Positions 16,562-27,300 of a stretch of 64,000 nucleotides of DNA are shown here, in pieces. The translations under genes were made by a program, and so were the position numbers. Within the stretch, counting starts at the first letter, position 1. Each line of letters begins with the position of its first letter. Under the pieces are notes generated by a model. The model ran no database searches and was not told the DNA's origin. It saw nothing but the letters and a program-made list of their open reading frames with translations. The stretch is taken from assembly GCA_050012675.1 (NCBI GenBank), contig JBEKGS010000006.1:65889-129888 (forward strand), in the 5' to 3' direction. This stretch comes from Acidimicrobiales bacterium. Lineage in GTDB: Bacteria > Actinomycetota > Acidimicrobiia > Acidimicrobiales > Bog-793.

Positions 16562-18897
16562 GCGAGGCGGCGGGAGGCCGCACGTTGCGGTTTCTCGAGG
16601 CAAAGAGCGTGAGCGAGCTGCGCAGCGTCAAGGCGCGCAAGGTGGCCGGCCTGGCTTCGATGGGCATCGAGAGCGTGCTGGACCTGCTGATGCACTACCC
16701 ACGTCGTTACATCGACCGCCGCCGCCAGTCCGAGATCGGTGCGCTCGCCGAGGACGAGGAGGCAATGGTCACAGCGACCGTGCGTCGTTGTTCCGCCCGC
16801 CGCAGCGCTCGTGGCAAGACCATCGTGCAAGTCGTCGTCGAGGACCGGACGGCCCGCCTCATGCTCGTCTTCTTCAACCAGCCCTGGCGAGCTCGCCAGT
16901 TGGCCGTCGGCTCGGAGGTCGTCGTCTTCGGCCGTACAGAGATCTACCGGGGCGCCCGGCAGATGACGAACCCCGTCGTCGACCTCGTGGGCGACCAGAC
17001 GGGCCGCCTCGTGCCCGTGTACCCGCAGTCGGGCAAGGCGAAGATCGGCTCCAGCGAGATCGCCTCGTACGTGGCCGAGGCGCTGGAACGCACCGGGCAG
17101 TTCGCGGAGGTCCTGCCCTCGCAGTTCGTCGACGAGCTTGGCCTTGTCGGGCGCACCGAGGCATTCCGGTCCATACACGCACCGGAGAGCTTCGAGGACA
17201 GGGACGCCGCCAGGAAACGGCTGGCTTTCGACGAGCTGTTGAGGCTCCAGCTCATCCTCGTGATGCAGAAACGCGCCGCCGCCACCGGGGCCCCCGGGAT
17301 CCCTCACCAGGTCGCGCCTTTTTCGGGAAAGAGCCTGGTCGAGGAGTTCCTAGGTCGGTTGCCGTTCACTTTGACCAGAGCCCAGGCGCGGGCGATTCAA
17401 GAGATCGCAGCCGATCTCGCCGCCACCCACCCGATGCACCGCCTCTTGCAGGGCGACGTCGGCGCAGGCAAGACGGTCGTGGCACTGGCGACCCTGCTCT
17501 ACGGCGTGCAAGGTGGCCACCAGGGCGCCCTCATGGTCCCGACAGAGGTGCTCGCCGAGCAGCACTACCTCGCCGCACGCAGCTTGCTTGCCGGACTGGA
17601 GGTCAAAGACGCCACCCGTTTGGGGGGCGTGCGCCCGCTGGAGGTCGCGCTGCTCACGAACCGGACCACCGGAAGCGAGCGGGCGAGGATGCAAGCCGAG
17701 CTCGGGGCGGGGAGCCTCGACCTTGTCGTGGGCACCCACGCCTTGCTGACCGACAACATCCGCTTCCGTTCGCTCGGGGTGGTGGTGATAGACGAGCAGC
17801 ACCGCTTCGGGGTTGAACAACGGGCGGCCCTCAGGGAGAAGGGTCCCGCCAGCCTTGCCGGTGAGGCTGAAGGGCGGAATGGGACCCTCGAAGCCGAGCA
17901 GGGCTCCCGGCATCCCGACGTGCTCGTCATGACCGCGACGCCGATCCCCCGCACTGCGGCCATGACCGTCTACGGCGATCTGGACCAGACGGTCCTCGAC
18001 GAGCTGCCTGTCGGGCGCACGCCCGTGACCACCGCCTGGCTGAACGGGCCCGACGAGCACCCGGCCGCCTGGGAGCGGGTGCGCAAGGAGATAGCGGCCG
18101 GTCACCAGGCCTATGTCATCTGCCCGCTCGTGGGAGGCGGACAGCCCGAGGACGAGGAGCCGGAGGCCCTGCAGGAGGCCGCCGAGCCGGAAGACTACGA
18201 GACGGCGCCCTACGACGAGCCCGGCCGCGCCCAGTTCCCGACGCTGCCCATGGCCGGTCTCGCTCAACTGGGGGACGAGGCTTCAAAGCAACCTCCGAAG
18301 TCCGTCGTGGAGGAGCACGCGCGGCTGTCCTCAGGCGAACTCGCCGGGTTCGCCGTCGGCCTGCTCCACGGCCAGCTCGCCTCGAAGGAGAAGGAAGCCA
18401 CCATGGCCGCTTTCCGGCGCGGCGAGCTGCAGGTGCTGGTTGCCACGACGGTGATAGAGGTCGGCGTCGACGTGGCCAACGCGACAGTCATGGTGATCGA
18501 GGACGCTGACCGCTTCGGCATCGCCCAGCTGCACCAGCTGCGAGGACGGGTCGGGCGGGGGAGCGACAAGTCCTGGTGCTATCTCCTGGCAGAGTCGGTG
18601 ACGGCCGGGGCGGCCAGGCGTCTGCGTGCGCTCGAGGACTCGAGCGACGGGTTCGAGCTCGCCGAGGTCGACCTGGAGCTACGCGGCGAGGGCACCGTGT
18701 TCGGGATCCGCCAGAAGGGAAGGAGCGACTTGCGCTTGGCGTCGCTTCGCCGTGACAAGCCGCTCGTCCGGGCCGCCCGGCGGGTGGCCGAGGCGATCAT
18801 CGACCAGGACCCGGCTCTCGAGGCGCACCCGTTGCTGGAAGACGAGGTCCATCTGTTCGTGGCCGAGGAGTCCGAGGAGTTCGTCCTGAAGGGCTGA
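16558..18897 (+). CDS. recG: ATP-dependent DNA helicase RecG
   Basis: Lies in the frame of ORF 15727..18897. The start is ATG 16558, overlapping the yloV stop (ATGA). Walker A GDVGAGKT and DEQH box VVIDEQHRFGV. 779 aa. Confidence 0.95.
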   Translation: MSEAAGGRTLRFLEAKSVSELRSVKARKVAGLASMGIESVLDLLMHYPRRYIDRRRQSEIGALAEDEEAMVTATVRRCSARRSARGKTIVQVVVEDRTARLMLVFFNQPWRARQLAVGSEVVVFGRTEIYRGARQMTNPVVDLVGDQTGRLVPVYPQSGKAKIGSSEIASYVAEALERTGQFAEVLPSQFVDELGLVGRTEAFRSIHAPESFEDRDAARKRLAFDELLRLQLILVMQKRAAATGAPGIPHQVAPFSGKSLVEEFLGRLPFTLTRAQARAIQEIAADLAATHPMHRLLQGDVGAGKTVVALATLLYGVQGGHQGALMVPTEVLAEQHYLAARSLLAGLEVKDATRLGGVRPLEVALLTNRTTGSERARMQAELGAGSLDLVVGTHALLTDNIRFRSLGVVVIDEQHRFGVEQRAALREKGPASLAGEAEGRNGTLEAEQGSRHPDVLVMTATPIPRTAAMTVYGDLDQTVLDELPVGRTPVTTAWLNGPDEHPAAWERVRKEIAAGHQAYVICPLVGGGQPEDEEPEALQEAAEPEDYETAPYDEPGRAQFPTLPMAGLAQLGDEASKQPPKSVVEEHARLSSGELAGFAVGLLHGQLASKEKEATMAAFRRGELQVLVATTVIEVGVDVANATVMVIEDADRFGIAQLHQLRGRVGRGSDKSWCYLLAESVTAGAARRLRALEDSSDGFELAEVDLELRGEGTVFGIRQKGRSDLRLASLRRDKPLVRAARRVAEAIIDQDPALEAHPLLEDEVHLFVAEESEEFVLKG

Positions 18898-18960
18898 CCG
18901 AGCGGGCACAGCTCGCTTCCGCAGAGCACCGGGCTGCCTTCGTCGTTCTAGCGTTGTGCC

Positions 18961-19533
18961 ATGCGCGTCATCGGAGGCACGGCAAGGCAGCGCCGTTTGC
19001 GTGCCCCCGACCTGCCGGGACTCAGGCCGACGAGCGATCGGGTCCGTGAGGCGATCTTCGACATCCTCGCCAGCCGTGGCGCGGTGCAAGGGGCCTCGGT
19101 GCTCGACGCTTACGCGGGCAGCGGTGCCCTCGGCATCGAGGCCCTGTCGCGCGGGGCCGGTTCGGTCTGTCTCGTCGAGTCCGACCGCCGCGCCGTTGCC
19201 GCCATCGGTGCCAACCTCGAGGCGACAGGCTTCGCCGGCTCGCCCCTGGTGCGCGTGGTGAGAGCAGACGTCTTCGAATTCCTGGCCCGTGAAGCCGGCA
19301 CCCGTTACGACCTCGCCCTTGTCGACCCGCCCTACTCCTTTGACAACTGGCCTGGGCTGCTCGACTTGCTGGAAGCGGACCTAGCCGTCCTGGAGTCGTC
19401 GGCCCCGGTCGCGCCCGGGGAGAGTTTCCTGGTCCGCCGCGAGTACCGCTACGGCGGTACGCTCGTCACGCTGGTCGAGGCCCGCGAGGCCGGCCGTCAA
19501 GATCCGAGCGCAACCGACAAGGACACCGAGTGA
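18961..19533 (+). CDS. rsmD: 16S rRNA (guanine966-N2)-methyltransferase RsmD
   Basis: 190 aa. MRVIGGTARQRRL.., LDAYAGSGALGIEALSRGA, and the DPPY motif (VDPPYSF). Confidence 0.85.
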   Translation: MRVIGGTARQRRLRAPDLPGLRPTSDRVREAIFDILASRGAVQGASVLDAYAGSGALGIEALSRGAGSVCLVESDRRAVAAIGANLEATGFAGSPLVRVVRADVFEFLAREAGTRYDLALVDPPYSFDNWPGLLDLLEADLAVLESSAPVAPGESFLVRREYRYGGTLVTLVEAREAGRQDPSATDKDTE

Positions 19534-20006
19534 CCGTCGCTTTGTTCCCAGGCTCGTTCGACCCGTTCCACAACGGGCACCTCGAGGTGGCCGAACGCGC
19601 CTCGCGTCTGTTCGATGAGCTCGTCGTGGCCGTGGTCACGAACCCGCAGAAGGGCGAGCCCCTCTTCGACGTCTCAGAGCGCGAGGCGATGATCGCCGAG
19701 TCGCTGGCGCACATGGACTCGGTGCGGATCGTGTCCATGTCGGTGCTCGTGGTCGAGGTCGCCCTCGAGGTCGGAGCCCACGTCATCGTCAAGGGACTCC
19801 GAGCGGTTTCCGATTTCGAGTACGAGCTGCAGATGGCGCAGATGAACCAGCACCTCTCCGGTATCGAGACCCTGTTCCTGCCGACGAGCTCGTCGCACGC
19901 GTTCGTCGCTTCGAGGCTCATCCGCGAGGTTGTCCGCTATGGGGGTGACGTGAGCGAGTTCGTGCCGCCACCTGTTGCCCGCCGGTTGAAGGAGCTGCGA
20001 CCGTGA
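19530..20006 (+). CDS. coaD: Phosphopantetheine adenylyltransferase
   Basis: 158 aa. FPGSFDPFHNGHLEV (HxGH). GTGA overlap with rsmD. Confidence 0.95.
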   Translation: MTVALFPGSFDPFHNGHLEVAERASRLFDELVVAVVTNPQKGEPLFDVSEREAMIAESLAHMDSVRIVSMSVLVVEVALEVGAHVIVKGLRAVSDFEYELQMAQMNQHLSGIETLFLPTSSSHAFVASRLIREVVRYGGDVSEFVPPPVARRLKELRP

Positions 20007-20608
20007 CAGACATCCACGACAGCCAAGGTACCGAGCCCGGGGCCGCCACCCCACCGGCCTCCGAAGCAGGCGGCGTCGAGGACCTCGTCGAGGAGCTCAT
20101 CGAGATAATCAGCTCGGCGAAGTCGATGCCGCTCTCGTCGTCGGCCATCGTCACCCGCGACGAAGTGCTCGACCTGCTCGAAGCGATCCGTGACGAGCTT
20201 CCCGAAGAGCTGCGACGGGCGCGCCGGATGTTGAAGGACCACGAGGAGCTCCTCGCGGCGGCCAGGCGGGAGGCGGCCGACATCGTCAGCGACGGCAGGG
20301 TCCAGTCCGAGCGCATGGTCCAGCGCACAGAGATCGTGCGCCAGGCCGAGCACCGTGCCGTGCGGATCGTCGAGGACGCCGAGGCGGAGGCCCGCCAGAT
20401 GCGCCACGAGGCCGAGGACTACGTCGACCAGAAGCTCGCCGGCTTTGAGATCGTCCTCGACAGGACTCTCAAGACTGTGCGGGCCGGCCGGGAACGGCTC
20501 GCCTCCGTGCCGCCGCCTTCGCCCAAGGCCGGCGACGAGGCGCCGAGCGAGCCAGGCGACGACGCCTGGTTCTCCGGTGAGGGATTGTTCGACCAGGATC
20601 TGGAATGA
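20003..20608 (+). CDS. Coiled-coil protein, ATP-synthase subunit b/E-like, function unknown
   Basis: 201 aa. Charged heptad-like region (EELRRARRMLKDHEELLAAARREAADIV...EDAEAEARQMRHEAEDYVDQKLA). Translationally coupled on both sides (GTGA and ATGA overlaps). Confidence 0.6.
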   Translation: MTDIHDSQGTEPGAATPPASEAGGVEDLVEELIEIISSAKSMPLSSSAIVTRDEVLDLLEAIRDELPEELRRARRMLKDHEELLAAARREAADIVSDGRVQSERMVQRTEIVRQAEHRAVRIVEDAEAEARQMRHEAEDYVDQKLAGFEIVLDRTLKTVRAGRERLASVPPPSPKAGDEAPSEPGDDAWFSGEGLFDQDLE

Positions 20609-21144
20609 CCAGGGCCGGCCGGGGCGGCCCGTTTGTCATCCCCGTGGCTGTCCTGCGCAAACATCCCGGAACGCGGCGACAGGTGGTCGTGAGCGGCCCG
20701 ATCTCCGATCTCGACGTCAGCAACTCCAGGGTGGAGCCGGGCTCGCCCGTCGATCTGGACGTCGTGCTCGAGTCGGTGCTCGGTGGCATCGTCGTGACGG
20801 GGACCGTCTCGGCCAGCTGGCAGGGCGAGTGCGGGCGTTGCCTCGAGCCTGCCACCGGGCGGCTTGTCGCCCAGGTCCGCGAGGTCTACACCGACCAGGC
20901 TGACCCCGAGCTCGAGTACGCCATGACCGACGACTGGCTCGACCTTGAGCCCCTGGCCCACGATGCCTGTATCCTCGAGCTGCCGCTCGCGCCGCTCTGT
21001 GGGCCCGATTGTCTCGGGCTGTGTCCCGAGTGCGGCGCGAACCGTAACTACGAGTCCTGCACCTGCACGGACAAGACCGACCCGCGGTGGGCCGGTCTCG
21101 CCGGGCTAGGTGCCCTCGACGCGACGCACGAGTGGAGAAAGTGA
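20605..21144 (+). CDS. yceD: YceD/DUF177 family protein (large-subunit rRNA/L32 accumulation)
   Basis: 179 aa. Contains CGRCLEP and [13 protein letters not shown], and sits in the conserved position immediately upstream of rpmF. Confidence 0.8.
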   Translation: MTRAGRGGPFVIPVAVLRKHPGTRRQVVVSGPISDLDVSNSRVEPGSPVDLDVVLESVLGGIVVTGTVSASWQGECGRCLEPATGRLVAQVREVYTDQADPELEYAMTDDWLDLEPLAHDACILELPLAPLCGPDCLGLCPECGANRNYESCTCTDKTDPRWAGLAGLGALDATHEWRK

Positions 21145-21146
21145 CG

Positions 21147-21326
21147 ATGGCTGTCCCGAAGAAGAAGACCTCGAAGTCGAAGAGCCGAAGCCGCAGGGCC
21201 TCTGCCTGGACGCTGGAGGCGCCCTCGCGCAGCCTCTGTCCTCAGTGCAACCGTGCGAAACTGCCCCACGTCGTCTGCCCCCATTGCGGGTGGTACAAGG
21301 GTCGCCAGGCGGTCGAGGTCGACTGA
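21147..21326 (+). CDS. rpmF: 50S ribosomal protein L32 (Zn-ribbon, C+ type)
   Basis: Lies within ORF 21087..21326, starting at ATG 21147. [18 protein letters not shown]...CPQC...CPHCG. Confidence 0.9.
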   Translation: MAVPKKKTSKSKSRSRRASAWTLEAPSRSLCPQCNRAKLPHVVCPHCGWYKGRQAVEVD

Positions 21327-21331
21327 CCGTC

Positions 21332-22354
21332 GTGGCGCCAACCACCAATGAGGGTGCCGCGTCGCCGTCGCCCGCCCCGCTGCCAGTTGCCGTTGACGCC
21401 ATGGGCGGGGACCGTGCTCCCGGCGAGATCGTCGCCGGGGCCCGGCGTGCTGTCGAAGAGCTGGGCATACCCGTCCTCCTCGTCGGTCCGAGCGACGGCT
21501 CGCTCGGTGACACGGGCAGCCTGGAGGTGCTGGCGGCTTCTCAAGTCATAGCCATGAACGACGATCCCGCCCAGAGTGTGCGGACCAAGAAGGACTCGAG
21601 CCTCGTACGCGCCGCGGAGGCCGTGCGTGACGGCCGGGCGTCGGCCATGGTGAGCGCCGGCAACACCGGGGCCGCCATGGCCAGTGCGCTCTTGCGAATG
21701 GGCCGTTTGCCGGGCGTCGCCCGGCCTGCCATCGCAGCGCTCATCCCGGCGGTGAGCGGGCGCCCGACGGTTCTCGTCGACTCGGGTGCCAACGCGGACT
21801 GCCATGCCGAGTGGCTGGTGCAATTCGCGCAGATGGGCTCCGCTTTCATGAAGCGTCGCTTCGGCGTCCAGTCCCCGAAGGTCGCGCTCTTGTCCATCGG
21901 CGAGGAGTCGACGAAGGGCAACCAGCTCACCAAGGAGGCGCACGCCCTCTTGGCGGCAGGAGTCGGGGTCGACTTCGTCGGGAACGTGGAGGGCCGCGAC
22001 CTTCTCGACGGCAATGTCGATGTGATCGTGACCGACGGCTTCACCGGCAACGTCGCCCTCAAGTCGCTCGAGGGTGCCCTTCGCGCCCTGTTCGACATTC
22101 TCGGTCGCGTGATCGCCACGTCCCCCGAGACCCGTGCCGCGGGCGGCGTGCTCGGCCCCGAGCTCCACGTCTACGCCAAACGCCTCGACCCGGAGGAGAC
22201 CGGCGGTGCGATGTTGCTCGGCGTGGACGGTGTGTGTGTCATAAGCCACGGGAGCTCGTCGGCTAGGGCGATCCTGAACGCGGTCCGCGTCGCCCACGAG
22301 GCTGCGACAGGGGACATGGTCGGATCGTTGCGCGAGTCGGTTGCGAGCACCTGA
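21332..22354 (+). CDS. plsX: Phosphate acyltransferase PlsX
   Basis: Lies in the frame of ORF 21110..22354, starting at GTG 21332. PVAVDAMGGDRAPGEIV, and position after rpmF. Confidence 0.9.
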   Translation: MAPTTNEGAASPSPAPLPVAVDAMGGDRAPGEIVAGARRAVEELGIPVLLVGPSDGSLGDTGSLEVLAASQVIAMNDDPAQSVRTKKDSSLVRAAEAVRDGRASAMVSAGNTGAAMASALLRMGRLPGVARPAIAALIPAVSGRPTVLVDSGANADCHAEWLVQFAQMGSAFMKRRFGVQSPKVALLSIGEESTKGNQLTKEAHALLAAGVGVDFVGNVEGRDLLDGNVDVIVTDGFTGNVALKSLEGALRALFDILGRVIATSPETRAAGGVLGPELHVYAKRLDPEETGGAMLLGVDGVCVISHGSSSARAILNAVRVAHEAATGDMVGSLRESVAST

Positions 22355-22459
22355 GGACCGCCCCGGTGCGGTCGGACCGGCCGGGACGAGGGCCCTCAAG
22401 ACGCGCGACGTGCTTCGGCAGGCCTTAACATTGTGACCACGCAAGACGAAGGAGCCCAG

Positions 22460-22747
22460 GTGGCCAAGACGACCGGTGGGATCATGAGCCGCGGCGAAGT
22501 GCTCGAGCTCGTCCGATCCCAGCTCGCCGAGATACTCGAGGTCGACATCTCTGAGATCGGCGAGTCCTCTTCATTCGCCGACGACTTGAACGCGGACTCG
22601 CTCGCGCTGATCGAGCTGGTCGAAGCGCTCGAGGAGGAGCTGAGCGACCGGCTGCCCGGCTTTCGCATCGACGACGAGGATCTCGAGGACCTCCGTACCG
22701 TGCGTGACGCCGTGGACTACGTGAGCGCGAAGGTGGACGCGGCCTGA
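22460..22747 (+). CDS. acpP: Acyl carrier protein
   Basis: ORF 22433..22747. GTG 22460 lies 7 nt after GAAGGAG. Phosphopantetheine site DLNADSLALIELV. Confidence 0.85.
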   Translation: MAKTTGGIMSRGEVLELVRSQLAEILEVDISEIGESSSFADDLNADSLALIELVEALEEELSDRLPGFRIDDEDLEDLRTVRDAVDYVSAKVDAA

Positions 22748-23469
22748 GCAATCCCACCGGCGAGCCTCGGGCCGAGAGCGGAAGGCTGAGCCAGGCGCTC
22801 GGCGGGTACGCCGTCGATCCCGACCTGCTGCGCCAGGCGCTGTCCCACCGCTCCTACTGCGCCGAGTGGGGCGGGCTGCCTTCCAACGAGCGGCTCGAGC
22901 TGCTCGGTGACGCGGTGCTCGGCCTCGTCGTCGCCGACCACCTGTACCGCGCCTTCCCGGACCTTTCCGAGGGGGACCTGGCCAGGCTTCGTGCCTCGGT
23001 CGTGAGCACCGAGGCGTTGGCACCGATAGCCGCCGAGCTCGGTGTGGGTGAGGCGGTGCTGTTGGGCAAAGGAGAAGAGACCTCGGGCGGCCGGGCCAAG
23101 GACTCCATCCTCGCCGACTGTCTCGAGGCGATAATCGCCGCCGTCTACCTCTCCTCAGGGCTCGAGGCCGCGAGACGTTTCGTCACCGGCTTATTGGAGG
23201 ACCCCATAGAGACGATCGCCGAGGGCCGCCTCGGCGACCCGAAGAACTGGTTGCAAGAGCTGACGGCGCAGCTCGGCCTGGACTTTCCGTCCTACAACCT
23301 CTCCGACAGGGGCCCGGACCACGCCAAGGTGTTCTCCGCCGAGGTCACCGTGGGCGGCGATGTGCTCGGCCGCGGCACGGGCACCTCGAAAAAGATCGCC
23401 GAGCGTATGGCGGCTGTCGCTGCCCTCGAGGTCATCGAGGCACGCCAGGGCGGCTCACCGGCGAGATAG
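22744..23469 (+). CDS. rnc: Ribonuclease III (apparent CTG start)
   Basis: The ORF track starts at GTG 22915. The catalytic signature NERLELLGDAVLG is encoded at 22885-22923, almost entirely upstream of that codon. No ATG, GTG or TTG occurs in frame between the stop at 22705 and 22915. CTG 22744 follows GAAGGTGGA (22729-22737) and overlaps the acpP stop (CTGA). The C-terminal dsRBD is present. Confidence 0.8.
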   Translation: MSNPTGEPRAESGRLSQALGGYAVDPDLLRQALSHRSYCAEWGGLPSNERLELLGDAVLGLVVADHLYRAFPDLSEGDLARLRASVVSTEALAPIAAELGVGEAVLLGKGEETSGGRAKDSILADCLEAIIAAVYLSSGLEAARRFVTGLLEDPIETIAEGRLGDPKNWLQELTAQLGLDFPSYNLSDRGPDHAKVFSAEVTVGGDVLGRGTGTSKKIAERMAAVAALEVIEARQGGSPAR

Positions 23470-24309
23470 GTGCCCGAGCTCCCAGAAGTCGAGACGGTTC
23501 GCCGCGGGCTCGAGGCCACGGTCCTCGGCCGTCAGATCCGCGAGGTGAAGGTGCTAGGGCGCCGGACCGTGCGGCGCCAGTCGCCGGCCGAGCTCAAGAC
23601 GCGGCTTGAGGGCCGGACGTTCGTCAAAGCGGGCCGGCGCGGCAAGTTCCTGCTCTTGTCGCTCGACGATGGCGCCGTGCTGGTCGTGCACCTTCGCATG
23701 ACCGGACAGTTCCTTCACCTGAGCGGCTCCAACCGCCAGGCGCTCGCCCCCCACACCCATGTCGTGGTCGGGCTCGGCGACGGGACCGAACTGCGCTTTG
23801 TCGACCCGAGGACTTTCGGGGAGTGGTTCGTCACCGACGAGGTGGACGATCGGGGCGTGCCGGGCGAGCTCGCCCATCTCGGGCGCGACCCGCTCTTGGA
23901 GGGACTGCCCACCGCCTATCTCGCGGCCCGTCTCGCCGGCCGCCGCGTCCCGCTCAAGGCCTTGCTCACCGACCAGCGCATCGTCGCCGGCATCGGGAGC
24001 ATCTACGCGGACGAGATCTGTTTCAGGGCGCGGCTCAGGCCCGATCGTTCCGGTGGTTCGCTCACGACCGGCGAAGTCTCCCTTCTCGCCAAGAAAGCCC
24101 GCGCCGTGCTGCGCGAGGCGGTGGTCCTGCGGGGGTCCTCGTTGCGGGACCGGCGCTACCGCGACCTCGCGGGCGAGCTGGGGTCCTACCAGGAACGACA
24201 TGCCGTCTACGACAGGGCGGGGGAGACCTGCCGGCGTTGTGGGAACCAGGTCGTGCGGATCAAGATCGGGGCGCGCTCGGCCTATCTGTGCGAAGGCTGC
24301 CAGTTCTGA
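23470..24309 (+). CDS. mutM: Formamidopyrimidine-DNA glycosylase
   Basis: 279 aa. N-terminal PELPEVETVRRGL and C-terminal zinc finger CRRCG...CEGCQ. Confidence 0.9.
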   Translation: MPELPEVETVRRGLEATVLGRQIREVKVLGRRTVRRQSPAELKTRLEGRTFVKAGRRGKFLLLSLDDGAVLVVHLRMTGQFLHLSGSNRQALAPHTHVVVGLGDGTELRFVDPRTFGEWFVTDEVDDRGVPGELAHLGRDPLLEGLPTAYLAARLAGRRVPLKALLTDQRIVAGIGSIYADEICFRARLRPDRSGGSLTTGEVSLLAKKARAVLREAVVLRGSSLRDRRYRDLAGELGSYQERHAVYDRAGETCRRCGNQVVRIKIGARSAYLCEGCQF

Positions 24310-24385
24310 GCTACGCCGCGCTAGGAGATGAGCCGTTCGGCCAATCCCCAGGCGCTTGCTCCGGCACGGATAACGTGATTCCAAC

Positions 24386-27300
24386 GTGTTCTTGAAGACG
24401 CTGACTCTCAAGGGTTTCAAGTCGTTCGCCGACCCGACGACCATCGAGCTCGAGCCGGGCATCACCGTGGTCGTGGGCCCGAACGGTTCAGGCAAGTCGA
24501 ACGTCGTCGACGCCGTGGCCTGGGTGCTCGGCGCCCAGGGGCCAAAGGTGGTCCGCTCGACGAAGATGGACGACGTCATCTTCGCCGGTACCTCGAGGAG
24601 GCCCGCCCTCGGGCGCGCGGAAGTCTCGCTGACCATCGACAACGCTTCGAGGCGACTGCCTGTGGAAGTGGCGGAGGTCACGATCACAAGGACGCTGTTT
24701 CGCACGGGCGAGAGCGAGTACGCCCTCAACGGGGCACCGTGCCGATTGCTCGACATTCAGGAGCTGCTCTCCGACGCCGGGGTCGGACGCCAGCAGCACG
24801 TGATCGTCAGCCAGGGACAGCTCGACTCGGTCCTCCAGGCGCGCCCGGAGGACCGGCGCATGGTGATCGAGGAGGCCGCAGGCATCCTCAAGTTCCGCCG
24901 CCGCCGCGAGCGCGCCGAGCGACGCCTCGAGGCGAGCGAACAGAGCCTGCTGCGGCTGCAGGACCTGCAGCGCGAAGTGCGCCGCCAGCTCCGCCCGCTC
25001 GAGCGCCAGGCCGAAGCGGCGCGTCGCCACGATGGACTGGTCGCGGAGCTCCGGGCGCTCCGGTTGCATCTCGCCGGGCGTGAGCTCGGCTCGCTCTCCC
25101 AGCGCCTGGAAACTGCCGAGCGCTCGCACGCCGCCCTCACCGGACAGGAGGCCGCGCAGCGAAACGAGCTGGCGCGCCTTGACGACCTGGTCGTCTCCAC
25201 CGAGTCTGCGCTCACCGAGTTGCAGGCGCAGGACGGAGGGGACCGCCTCGGCCGTGCCGAGCGCCTGCTCGAGCGCCAACGCGGCGTGGCCAACGTGGTC
25301 GCGGAGCGGAGACGCACCGTCGCCGGGGCGCTCGCGGCCGTGACACAGACAGACGTCATAGCGTCGCTCGAGGCCGAGTCCGCCCGACTCGCGGAGGACC
25401 TGTCGGCGGCCGAGGCGGCCGCCGCCTCATTCCTGCCAGAGCGCGAGAGGCTCGAGAGCCTGGGAGCAGAGCTGCGCAGGGACGAGCTCGAGCTCGAAGC
25501 CGGCGCCGGCGCGCAGGCGCCCGCCGCGGCACAATCACCGGACCCGTCCAGCGCGGCCGGGCAACTCGACGCCCGCTCCGCGCGCCAACGCCACGAAACG
25601 GCACTCACGCGCCAGTCACAGGCCCGCGAGGAGCTGGCACGCCTCGCCGAACGCCTCGCCAGCTTTGATCGCCTGCGAGATGACCACGAGCTGCGCCTGG
25701 CCGAGCTGGCGGCGGACCTGGAGGCCTCCAAGCTCGCCGAGGAGCGGCTCCGCGGAGAGCTCGAGAGGGCGGTGGCGGCCGAGCGGACGGCCGAGGCACG
25801 ACAACGCGGGAGCGAGGCGGGCGCACGGGTCGCGGAGGACCGCGCCCGTTCACTCGACGCCCGGGCGGAGGCGCTGCAGGCGGCACTCGACGAGACACGG
25901 GCACGGGCGGGCGCCGAGCGTCTCGCCGGCCTGCCGGGGGTGCTCGGAACCCTGGCGGACGTCGTGGACATCGACGACGGTTGCGAGAGAGGGTTCGAGG
26001 CGGCCGTGGAGGACGCTCTCGGCACTGTCGTCGTCGAGGGGACCGCTCCCGCGCGTGAGGCACTGCGCCATCTCCACGATGCCGGCCTGCACGGAGGCGT
26101 ACTTCCGACCGGCGGGGTGCAGGCGGCGTCTCCGGCGCCACTGCCGGGCCAGCTCGCCGGCAGGGCCGAGCTGCTGCGGGACCGGGTCAGGTCACCCGAA
26201 CGTCGGGTCGGCGCGGTGCTCGACCAGCTCCTCGCAGGCGTCCTTTTGTGTCGCGGCGGTCTCATGGAGGCGCTCGGGCTCGCCGAGGAACTGCCGGGAA
26301 GCACCATCGTGACCCTCGAGGGCGACCGTCTCTCAGCGCGGGGGTGGCGAATCGGAGCCGCGCGCTCAGGAGCGACACGCGCCGCGCTCGAGACGGTTCG
26401 GCGCGACGCCGAAGCGGCCGGGGCGCTCGCGCGCACTGCGACGGAGCAAGCCGAAGCCGACCGGGAGACGCTCGAGGGCGCCCGCGCGACGGCAGTGGAG
26501 GCCACCAGGCATTACGACAACGCGGTCGCCGCCCGGACACAGGCGCAGACCGCCCAGGTACAGCTGGCACAACGACTCCTACAGCTTGAGGCCGGGCGCA
26601 ACGAGGTGGCATCGGCTCACCAGGCTGCAGTGGGGCTGCTCAGCGCCGCCGAGGCCGAGCTCGGCCTGCGGGAGGCAGAACTTGCCGGGGCCGAGGGGGC
26701 CGAGCTCGCGGCCCTCGCGGTGGCGGCGGAGACCGCCCGCGCCCGCAAGGCGCTCGACGACCGCGCCCGCGCGCTCGCCGCCTCGAAGGCGGAGCTCGAA
26801 GTGCGGGCCGCGGCTCTAGAGGAGCGCAAGATGCTGCTGGCGACGCGGCGTGACGAGGTCGAGCGGCGTCTCGTCGGCCTCGACGCGGCCCGTTCGGACG
26901 CCGGCGCGCGGAGAGAGTCGCTCGAATCGACCGAGCTCGCCCTGGCGAGGATCGCGGGCGAGCTGGTGCGCTTGGAGGTCGAGCTGACCGCGGTGCGGGA
27001 CCGACTGCGGACCGAGCGGCGAGAACGCGAGCTCGCCGTCACGGGTACCGTCGAGAAGCTGCGCGGGCTGCGGGACCAGCGCTCCGCCGCCGAGCGCGAC
27101 CTCATGGCCGCTCGTGAGCAGCTCCAGCGGATCGAACTGGAACGCGCCGAGGCGAGGCTGCGACTCGAGACGGCCGTAGAAGCCCTGAGGCGCGAGCTCG
27201 AGTGCGAACCGGACGACGCCATGGCGGCTGCCTGCCCGGAGCTGCCCCCAGGCGTCCCGGCACAGGCCAGGGTGCGTGAGCTCGACCGTGAGCTCCGGCT

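Noticed and set aside
24757-26505. A 582-aa minus-strand Ser/Ala/Arg-rich ORF, plus several others (26617..27456, 26816..27970), inside smc.
   Set aside because: These are antisense to the SMC coiled-coil region. The Ala/Glu/Arg codon periodicity of the coiled coil keeps other frames open, and no independent evidence supports them.
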